From: a virus
DNA length: 64,000 nucleotides
IMG/VR virus record: IMGVR_UViG_3300017773_000002
Span: 1-64,000 of that record
Reading direction: 5' to 3' (one strand)
Below the pieces are notes generated by a model. The model had not been told where the DNA came from and did no database searches. It worked only from the letters and a program-made list of their open reading frames with translations. The stretch's first letter is position 1, and each line of letters opens with the position of its first letter. Position numbers and translations under genes: made by a program. Below are positions 56,947 to 64,000 of the stretch, in pieces.

Positions 56947-57806
56947 TGACTGAACTCGTTACTTGGAGAGGAACTCCGGGCGTAGGTGATTTTATGTGGG
57001 CACTTAACTGCTCTCATTTACACTCTTGGAGATCAAAAACACCAATAAATTTAGAGATGCATTGGTCTCACGACGAAAACCATCTTCATCATTTTGAAGA
57101 TCCAGAAACAATTATAGAAAGGATGCAATATATACATAATTTCTATGACAGAAAGAATGATGTAAGAATATCACATGTTATAAATGCTAAAGGTAGATAT
57201 AGTTTTTGGAAGTATGAAGACGATATAAAATTACTGGAAGACGGTTCAAAGGTTCAAGTGGCTAGAAATATAGAAAAAACAAGATTTTATTTTCAATCGG
57301 GAATATATTCTGATAAGAGAGGAAATAAAGCTCCAGAAAATGATTGGTTGTTTAGGAGTGATTCATTCCAAAAAACTATATCTAATAAAATAGTTTTTTG
57401 GAGACCCACATTTAATGCAGAAACGCCAAGAACATGGAAAAGGGGTTTAACAAACCGAGATTGGGAAATTATAATAGATAAATTAAAATCTCATGGTTTT
57501 CAGATGGTTGAACTGACATACAGAACTCCCATACGAGAAGCTATGTGGCATATTGCAACTTGTAGACAAGTTATATGTTATGATGGTATGTGGCATTATG
57601 TCGCTAAGAATTTTTGTAAACCTTTATTGGTAGTTAGTGAAGAAGGTATAACTAAATACCACACTAAATATGCGGTAAGGTCAAGTCACAATATCAAAAC
57701 TAACGCTAATATTTGGTTTTGGGTAGATAACCCTAAAATAATGTTGAAACACTCTCAAAAGAAGGCCGACAATTTTAGAGAGAAAATGAGAGAGATTAGA
57801 CAATGA
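56946..57806 (+). CDS. GT-B (GT9-like) glycosyltransferase-like protein
   Basis: GVGD N-terminal motif, YDGMWHY.A...KP. Confidence 0.55.
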   Translation: MTELVTWRGTPGVGDFMWALNCSHLHSWRSKTPINLEMHWSHDENHLHHFEDPETIIERMQYIHNFYDRKNDVRISHVINAKGRYSFWKYEDDIKLLEDGSKVQVARNIEKTRFYFQSGIYSDKRGNKAPENDWLFRSDSFQKTISNKIVFWRPTFNAETPRTWKRGLTNRDWEIIIDKLKSHGFQMVELTYRTPIREAMWHIATCRQVICYDGMWHYVAKNFCKPLLVVSEEGITKYHTKYAVRSSHNIKTNANIWFWVDNPKIMLKHSQKKADNFREKMREIRQ

Positions 57807-58795
57807 AATTACCATTACATATAGACAGAGCTGTAATAGAGATTGTGGGTGGCTGCAATTACTCTTGTAGTATGTGTCCACAAGATTTGCGTGAGGGTGG
57901 CAGAGACAAAGGGTTTCGTCGTATGATGAAACTTGAAGAGTTTGAAAGTTATGTAGCCGACTGTGCGAAATACGGAGTAAGAGTTATAAATTTAGACGGT
58001 TCCGGTGAAGCAACTATGCAAAAGAAACTTCCTGAGTTCATTAAAGTTGTTAAAAAATACGGAGCTAAATGTTTTATCTTTTCTAATGGATTTAAAATGG
58101 AAGGTAAGTACATGAGAGATTGTGTTGATGCCGGTCTTGATTTTTATAGATTCTCCTTCATTGGTTCAAACCAAGAAGACTACACTAAATGGATGCACAA
58201 TGCAGTAGGAGGGACATACGCTGGTATTCGTCAGAATATTGAGGAAATGGTAGAGTATGTTAATTCTAGTGGTTCTGATTGTGTAATTTCTACATATCAT
58301 CTCATCACTGATAATAAAAATATCGATCAAGAGTTAGAACAGTATAAAAGAATTGTCGATGAACTGGGTGTAAAAACTGAGATATGGAAAATGCACAACT
58401 GGTCTGGTGTGCAAGATATTGAGGATGTAGGTGTTAGGTCAGGTTCAGTAAAAACATGTGGTCGTCCATTTTCTCCTGATGTGGTCATTCGCGCTGGTGG
58501 ATTGGATGGTAAGAAGGGTGCGGTTCATCCTTGTTGTCAAGTTCTTGGTAGAGATACTGAGGCTGTATTGGGACATATGGAAGACAACACTATAGAAGAG
58601 ATATGGAATGGTCCTCAATATACTGAACTTAGAGAACAACATACTTCCGGAAACTACCCAGACTTCTGTAAAAACTGTGATTTCTTAATTGACGATCCAG
58701 AAGTTTTAGTGTATACTAACCATGAGAGAGATCTTATGAAAATGCATGGAACAGAATTTGATTTAAAAGATTTCCAAAACCCAGAAAACTTGTGA
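57803..58795 (+). CDS. Radical SAM/SPASM protein
   Basis: CNYSCSMC; C-terminal CGRP...PCC...C..C. Confidence 0.9.
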   Translation: MKLPLHIDRAVIEIVGGCNYSCSMCPQDLREGGRDKGFRRMMKLEEFESYVADCAKYGVRVINLDGSGEATMQKKLPEFIKVVKKYGAKCFIFSNGFKMEGKYMRDCVDAGLDFYRFSFIGSNQEDYTKWMHNAVGGTYAGIRQNIEEMVEYVNSSGSDCVISTYHLITDNKNIDQELEQYKRIVDELGVKTEIWKMHNWSGVQDIEDVGVRSGSVKTCGRPFSPDVVIRAGGLDGKKGAVHPCCQVLGRDTEAVLGHMEDNTIEEIWNGPQYTELREQHTSGNYPDFCKNCDFLIDDPEVLVYTNHERDLMKMHGTEFDLKDFQNPENL

Positions 58796-58822
58796 AAATG
58801 TTGATATATAGTTGGTTATTTT

Positions 58823-58830
58823 TATAAATA
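58823..58830 (+). promoter_or_regulatory. T4-type late promoter
   Basis: Intergenic TATAAATA. Confidence 0.65.
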
Positions 58831-58888
58831 GTATTAGAAAATACCTTTCTTAAAGGGCAAACGTAGAAGAACTAACGAGGAAAATTCT

Positions 58889-59542
58889 ATGAAAACACAA
58901 GAACAGCGTTCAAGATTTGCTGTAAGTTATCCAGAAGGAGGCGCCTTTTTGGTTGCTTCTTTGGTCGGTCAGTACATTATTGAAAAGTACAGAGTTACAG
59001 GTAAATCTTCAGTAGAAGCTGCTTTCAATAGTAGTGACTATGGATTCCATCCTCTAGTTCCTACGCACTTAAACTTTGATGGTAATGATTCTTTTACTAA
59101 TATAGACACTTTAATGAAGGTTTGTCCCGAACAAAAGTTTCTTATCAAAAGAGATCCTGTCGATTGTCTTGCTTCTAGGTACATTAAATACACAGAAAAT
59201 CATGGAGATCTTCCCTTAGAACACTTTTTGTCTGAGGATTATATGACAAAATCAATAAGAGATTTTGACGATAGTATTAAAGATATTGATTTTTGTGATG
59301 TATTTTATTATGAAAATTTAACAGAAAATCCAGAATCAGTTATTACAAAAATACTTCATAGATGCATAGGGGAACTAAATAACGACAGTGTAGATCTAGC
59401 TGTAGTTGATTTTATAATTAACTCGTCTAATATTAAAAGTTTTAGAAAGGATATATCTGTATTTTCTAGTGATAGTGTCGGAATTTCTGAGAATATTTTC
59501 ACGCCATTACAGATAGAACGTATAAAAATTAATTTAAGTTAA
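58889..59542 (+). CDS. Sulfotransferase-like protein (degenerate)
   Basis: SYPEGG in place of SYPKSG, RDPVDCLAS, YENLTENP. Confidence 0.6.
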   Translation: MKTQEQRSRFAVSYPEGGAFLVASLVGQYIIEKYRVTGKSSVEAAFNSSDYGFHPLVPTHLNFDGNDSFTNIDTLMKVCPEQKFLIKRDPVDCLASRYIKYTENHGDLPLEHFLSEDYMTKSIRDFDDSIKDIDFCDVFYYENLTENPESVITKILHRCIGELNNDSVDLAVVDFIINSSNIKSFRKDISVFSSDSVGISENIFTPLQIERIKINLS

Positions 59543-59579
59543 AACTAAAAATGAATTTTATATTATGAATAACAATTAC

Positions 59580-59616
59580 AAAGGACAGGTGGATATTTTC
59601 GTCTGTCCTTTTTATT
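59580..59616 (+). terminator. Rho-independent terminator
   Basis: AAGGACAG...CTGTCCTT stem followed by a T-tract. Confidence 0.7.
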
Positions 59617-59658
59617 ATCTGTAGAATAGTAATATTTATTCTATGTGTATATAGATGT

Positions 59659-60315
59659 ATGAATAATATATTTCTTACAGGTTGCGATAGAAATACAGAA
59701 TGGCAACTACCTTGGTTTCTAAATAATTATTTTAGAAACAATAGTACTCCCATAAGAGTAGCTAATTTTGGTATGTCCGAAGAAATGTTGGATCACCTTT
59801 CGTCCATCGACGTTGATGTGTATATTCCATACAAAGTAGATCAAGTTGGAAAGGGTCTGAAGGGTTGGTTCAAAAAACCTAGGACTATATACGAGGCAAC
59901 ATATCCAAACAAACTAGTTTGTTGGTTAGATACTGATTGTGAAGTTGTTTCTGATATAAGTTCTATATTTGACTACTACGTAGAGGATAAGATTGGTATG
60001 GTACATGATCGACCTTGGTCCAAAAGAAGACCCGATAATGGACCTTGGTACAATAGTGGTGTTGTACTTACCAACAGAAATTGGAATCTGAGAAATTGGG
60101 TATTGGCTTGTGAAAAAAACCCCGTCGAGAGTGATCAACAAGTCCTACATTACTCTATGTCGGAAATAGAGAAGATAGGGGTTATAGAACCCTTACCCCA
60201 TAAGTTTAACTCTCTTAGATTGGATTATGTGGACGGTATAGAGGTTAAAAACCCTCTTATTATCCATCACACCGGAAGTAAGGGTAATGATAAAATTAGG
60301 AGTATGATGTCATGA
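59659..60315 (+). CDS. GT-A glycosyltransferase (GT8-like)
   Basis: WLDTD, YNSGV, DQ, FN, HHTG. Confidence 0.8.
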   Translation: MNNIFLTGCDRNTEWQLPWFLNNYFRNNSTPIRVANFGMSEEMLDHLSSIDVDVYIPYKVDQVGKGLKGWFKKPRTIYEATYPNKLVCWLDTDCEVVSDISSIFDYYVEDKIGMVHDRPWSKRRPDNGPWYNSGVVLTNRNWNLRNWVLACEKNPVESDQQVLHYSMSEIEKIGVIEPLPHKFNSLRLDYVDGIEVKNPLIIHHTGSKGNDKIRSMMS

Positions 60316-60566
60316 GTAAGTATTCTGTGTTATTTTGTATTTTTATATGCGTTTGTTTTGGTATTCATTACAAGTATTCTCAATATAAAATAGAAACATT
60401 AGAAGAGAAAATCTCTATTCAAGAAAAGACTATGGGGACACAAAGAAAGACCATAGAAGCATTAATGATGACAACTGACAAAGCAACAAGAGCTTACAAT
60501 ATAGTACTACAGAATAATCGAAGAATTGGAAAGGAAAATAAATCATGTTCAACCAACTATTCATAG
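60312..60566 (+). CDS. TM plus coiled-coil protein
   Basis: N-terminal hydrophobic helix and heptads. Confidence 0.55.
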   Translation: MSKYSVLFCIFICVCFGIHYKYSQYKIETLEEKISIQEKTMGTQRKTIEALMMTTDKATRAYNIVLQNNRRIGKENKSCSTNYS

Positions 60567-60928
60567 GGATAATACTGATTCTCGGACTTGGGTCTTGGTG
60601 GTTGTATTCTGAGAATGAAACATTAAAAGAAAACGCAGTAAAATTAGAAACTGCATTCGAAGAACAAAAAGAAACTATAAATGTTCTCCAAAGGTCCTAT
60701 GAGAAACAGGGAGAATCTCTCACAAACCTACAAAGAAATTATAGCCAAATAGAACAGGAGAAAGATCAGTATCTTGCTATATTTTCGAGACATAATTTTG
60801 ATAAACTTTCACAGGTAAAGCCTGGTCTTATGGAGATAAGATTTAACAATGGAACAGCAGAAGTATTCGGGGATATAGAGAATGACAGTAAAAAAATTAG
60901 TGAGCTTGACGCTCCTGACACTCCTTAG
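60545..60928 (+). CDS. i-spanin-like protein
   Basis: N-terminal TM plus long coiled coil; overlaps the lipoprotein gene. Confidence 0.55.
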   Translation: MFNQLFIGIILILGLGSWWLYSENETLKENAVKLETAFEEQKETINVLQRSYEKQGESLTNLQRNYSQIEQEKDQYLAIFSRHNFDKLSQVKPGLMEIRFNNGTAEVFGDIENDSKKISELDAPDTP

Positions 60929-61406
60929 TGGTTGTAGTACTCTCCAAAATATGTTTGGGGAGAAAGAAATTCAGGTTATAACAAAACCTGTAAAGATTGA
61001 GATAATACAACCGACACTACCGAGACCAATTCAATTGGAAAATCCCAAGTGGTATGTTGTATCTGAGGTTGTTGTTGCGAATCCTTGTAAAGCTACATTA
61101 TCATTTGATCCAAAGAGATTTGATGATAAGGGTAACGAGAGATTTAAAAGACCGAAAGATTGTGACATGGATGAGAGAGAAAATCCCAGTTGGCCTGTGG
61201 GTTATACATACTTAGATAGATTCTTAGACGAGATGAAAGATAAGAATGATGGTAAAGTTGTGTTTGTCGCTATGACGGTTGGAGACTATAAAATGATGTC
61301 AACCAATACACAAGAATTAAGAAGATACATACGAGAGCTCGGAGAAGTGATTGTATATTATAGAAATGTCACTATTGATGACAACATAGAAGAAGGTGGA
61401 GAATAA
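60882..61406 (+). CDS. o-spanin-like lipoprotein
   Basis: LSGC lipobox, Pro-rich segment, overlaps the preceding gene by 47 nt. Confidence 0.55.
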   Translation: MTVKKLVSLTLLTLLSGCSTLQNMFGEKEIQVITKPVKIEIIQPTLPRPIQLENPKWYVVSEVVVANPCKATLSFDPKRFDDKGNERFKRPKDCDMDERENPSWPVGYTYLDRFLDEMKDKNDGKVVFVAMTVGDYKMMSTNTQELRRYIRELGEVIVYYRNVTIDDNIEEGGE

Positions 61407-61408
61407 TA

Positions 61409-61882
61409 ATGTATGAATACAGTGCGAAAATTATTAGAGTCGTTGACGGTGATACTGTGGATGTTGACATTAATCTTGGTTTTGGTGTCGTTTTTGCTAA
61501 TCAACGCGTTAGGTTATATGGTATCGATACTCCTGAGTCGCGCACGAGAGATCCTATCGAGAAAATCTTTGGAAAGACTGCATCAAAGTTTCTTACAGAG
61601 AAATTGGGGGAGAAATGCACACTCCGCACTAGACTGGACAACAAAGGAAAGTACGGAAGAGTCCTCGGAGAATTTGTTGTCTACGATCACGAAACTGATT
61701 CAGAAATGACAGTAAACAATATTATGATACGAGATCACTATGCTGTCGCATATTTTGGTCAATCTAAGGATGACATCGAAGATGAACATCTGGTAAATAG
61801 AGATTTATTGATGGAGAAACTCGGTCTTCCAAAATGCGAAGACGGAGAATATACCATGTTAGCTGAGAAGATGGGTCTGTAA
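61409..61882 (+). CDS. Thermonuclease (SNase-like)
   Basis: VVDGDT, RLYGIDTPE, GKYGRVL. Confidence 0.9.
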   Translation: MYEYSAKIIRVVDGDTVDVDINLGFGVVFANQRVRLYGIDTPESRTRDPIEKIFGKTASKFLTEKLGEKCTLRTRLDNKGKYGRVLGEFVVYDHETDSEMTVNNIMIRDHYAVAYFGQSKDDIEDEHLVNRDLLMEKLGLPKCEDGEYTMLAEKMGL

Positions 61883-62523
61883 TGAGAGTTAATGTTTTAG
61901 GTAATGGTGATTGGGCGGATATCTTTCAGAGAGGGACTGAAGGTAAATTGTTAGTATGTAATATGCCTCCAATGCAGTTAACTAAACAAGAAGTATACGC
62001 TAGTTGCATGGTAGACTTTAAGATGATGGCTGCCTTGCAAGAGGGTAGTGTGAATCTAGGAATGTATGATTGGATATTAGGGAACAGACCTAGAAGGTGG
62101 ATGGAACAAAATCCAACATTCTACTTAAAATACTCTCAGAATATTAAAGGATTTTGGACACATGTTCCTCCATATGCACAACTGCCGGGTCACGCTAAAT
62201 CTCAGGCAGCGACCAACTATAGTTGTGGTCATATGGCAGTAGATTATGCCTGTAGAAAGATGCGAGCAACCGAGGTACATCTATATGGATTTGATTCTAT
62301 GTTTGATCTAAATCTAAGAAGTTGTACAGATCTGGTATTAGAGTCCGATAGAAGTTCTTTAAACACTCACAGACTCGCCACAAACTGGAGACCTATCTGG
62401 TCAAACTTTTTTAAAGAATTTTCAGAAATAAGCTTTACAATTTATCACAGACATGATAAAATAAAGTTTCCTATTGGAAAAAACGTGAAAGTAATTGCTA
62501 CTAAAGAGGATAAAAATGATTGA
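61882..62523 (+). CDS. Hypothetical protein (GT29/Maf-like pattern)
   Basis: VLGNG, CN, SCGH.A, LYGFD. Confidence 0.5.
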   Translation: MRVNVLGNGDWADIFQRGTEGKLLVCNMPPMQLTKQEVYASCMVDFKMMAALQEGSVNLGMYDWILGNRPRRWMEQNPTFYLKYSQNIKGFWTHVPPYAQLPGHAKSQAATNYSCGHMAVDYACRKMRATEVHLYGFDSMFDLNLRSCTDLVLESDRSSLNTHRLATNWRPIWSNFFKEFSEISFTIYHRHDKIKFPIGKNVKVIATKEDKND

Positions 62524-62671
62524 TATTATGAAAGAATTTGCAGAAGATAATCTGCCTAAAGTGAAGAGTTTTATTGAATATACTTTACACGACTTTAAGA
62601 ACGTTTGGCTATATAAACCAAACGTCCTAATTTGGTGTGCAGTCGCTTTTATTTTAGCATTAATATACTGA
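62516..62671 (+). CDS. Small membrane protein (51 aa)
   Basis: GAGG RBS; C-terminal TM. Confidence 0.5.
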   Translation: MIDIMKEFAEDNLPKVKSFIEYTLHDFKNVWLYKPNVLIWCAVAFILALIY

Positions 62672-63529
62672 AATAATACGATCCATTAACATATACTCTT
62701 CCGGTCTACCACCAGAAGATTTTATATCAGAGTCCCATTCGCTACGATTTGAGAAGACTGTAGTCAGGGATTCTGTGTTGTCTTTCTTTCTAGCCAGAAC
62801 AAATTTCTCAGAATCTCCCTGATTATAGTACATATCTACTAAATCAAAATCCGGAGTACATATCGGAGAAAAACATTCTTTTACCGCAATCTCTGCGAAA
62901 GCTCCATCATTCTTAGGAACACCCAAGAAAACTACAGCGTCAAACTTTTCCTGTCCTTCAGATAAAGATACATTCCACTCAAACTTATCCATACCGTGAC
63001 GATATTGTTTGTTACTTTTTATAATATAATCCTTTAGTCCGTTGTTCCTATATAAAGAATGCATTATTCCTCTGTGACGACTTTCTGAAGGACTACAGAC
63101 CTTTATTTCTCCTTTGTATCCAAACATTTTCCATATCATAGGAATAAACTGTAATACTATATTGGGATCTGATACCTGATCTAAATGAGCTCTTTCTGGA
63201 GGCATTAGATCTACATTCCTATCGGCATCGAAAGGCATAAACCAAGATGTCTGATTATTATTAAAATGTCCCACAAAAAGAATATTTTTATAACCTTTAG
63301 TTTTTAAAAAGTTACAGTACATTGGACCTTTAGATATAGCTTCTTCCACCGTATTTACTTGACGAGAAGAATGACGAAGATAGACCTTGTTAGTTTTTAT
63401 ATTTTTGTTTATCAGGTCATTTAATCTTATTGACATATCCTCCTTTTCATGTCCCATAACATACTGATAGACCGGACCGTTCTCGTTGGTCTCTCTTAAA
63501 ATTGTTTCGTCTTTTGTATTGAAAAACAT
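62660..63529 (-). CDS. Hypothetical protein
   Basis: 289 aa ORF with no competing + strand gene. Confidence 0.75.
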   Translation of the reverse strand: MFFNTKDETILRETNENGPVYQYVMGHEKEDMSIRLNDLINKNIKTNKVYLRHSSRQVNTVEEAISKGPMYCNFLKTKGYKNILFVGHFNNNQTSWFMPFDADRNVDLMPPERAHLDQVSDPNIVLQFIPMIWKMFGYKGEIKVCSPSESRHRGIMHSLYRNNGLKDYIIKSNKQYRHGMDKFEWNVSLSEGQEKFDAVVFLGVPKNDGAFAEIAVKECFSPICTPDFDLVDMYYNQGDSEKFVLARKKDNTESLTTVFSNRSEWDSDIKSSGGRPEEYMLMDRIISVY

Positions 63530-63532
63530 TTA

Positions 63533-63799
63533 TTAATTTCCCTTGTAGATATTTTGGATATAGTTTTCAAATTCTTCGATTTTGTTTAATCGATTAGGCC
63601 ATAAAATATATTCCTTCTCAGGGTTCTGTTTTAGATTATTGAGAAGAGGTTGGATCGCATTAAACAAACTGTCTAACCGATCTTGTGTAGCGTCCACAGT
63701 AGAAGAAACGGATTCCAACTTAGAAGAAGCGTGTTGCACCGCCTCAAGTTCTTCCTCGTTTACTAGTGTGAAACCAAAGTCAAATAATTGTTCTGTCAT
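63533..63799 (-). CDS. Conserved phage hypothetical protein
   Basis: FDFGFT, PLLNNLK.NPEKEYI.WPNR. Confidence 0.75.
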   Translation of the reverse strand: MTEQLFDFGFTLVNEEELEAVQHASSKLESVSSTVDATQDRLDSLFNAIQPLLNNLKQNPEKEYILWPNRLNKIEEFENYIQNIYKGN

Positions 63800-63804
63800 G
63801 CGTA

Positions 63805-63812
63805 TATTTATA
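63805..63812 (-). promoter_or_regulatory. T4-type late promoter (minus strand)
   Basis: TATAAATA on the - strand, 5 nt before ATG 63799. Confidence 0.6.
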
Positions 63813-63823
63813 CAAATTAAACC

Positions 63824-63852
63824 TTGACTTTTGTTGTTTATGCGTGTATAAT
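63824..63852 (+). promoter_or_regulatory. sigma70-type promoter
   Basis: TTGACT-17-TATAAT. Confidence 0.7.
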
Positions 63853-63881
63853 GTACTTATTATTTAAATGGGAGCGTATAT

Positions 63882-64000
63882 ATGCAATATGGAAATATGA
63901 GATGTTACCCTAGTGGTCGAAAGAAATCCTTTAATGCTTGGACTACTAAGAAGAAACCCACCCCCAAATTTGTTCCTATGGAAGTGGTAAACGAACCTTA
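63882..64000 (+). CDS. Hypothetical protein, 3' end outside the window
   Basis: GGGAG RBS; MQYGNMRCYPSGRKK... open to the window end. Confidence 0.55.
   Translation, partial: MQYGNMRCYPSGRKKSFNAWTTKKKPTPKFVPMEVVNEP

Noticed and set aside
57803-58795. RiPP pathway acting on the 51380 peptide
   Set aside because: 6 kb apart, no RRE domain, transporter or protease, and the enzyme sits among glycosyltransferases

Overview
64 kb segment of an AT-rich T4-like myovirus genome, with a gene content typical of marine T4-like phages. There are no photosynthesis genes, so a heterotrophic Gram-negative host is plausible but not shown. Nearly all genes are on the + strand. Core genes: gp43 DNA polymerase (5'-truncated by the window), uvsX, gp41 helicase, nrdA with an inserted glutaredoxin, nrdB, a lysozyme and a probable spanin pair. 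There are six tRNAs, about 17 near-consensus sigma70 promoters and several T4 late promoters (TATAAATA). Five accessory observations stand out. (1) A late operon encodes two paralogous membrane proteins, CsgF, CsgG, two curlin-like proteins, a FecR-domain protein and a CHASE2 adenylate cyclase. (2) At least seven dispersed proteins begin with a T4 internal-protein-type capsid-targeting sequence, among them a Pnk-like kinase, a KxDG ligase-like enzyme and an HxGH nucleotidyltransferase polyprotein; together they are a candidate virion-delivered repair or counter-defence kit. (3) A late-promoter small RNA with a pseudoknot has a 12-nt perfect complement 37 kb away in the leader of an unannotated 47-aa ORF. 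(4) A non-canonical CCA-ending RNA sits inside the tRNA cluster. (5) A three-module beta-propeller protein has identical DNA repeats at its module junctions. Many glycan-modification enzymes and a c-type cytochrome are also present. All family assignments come from motif recognition by eye, not database searches.
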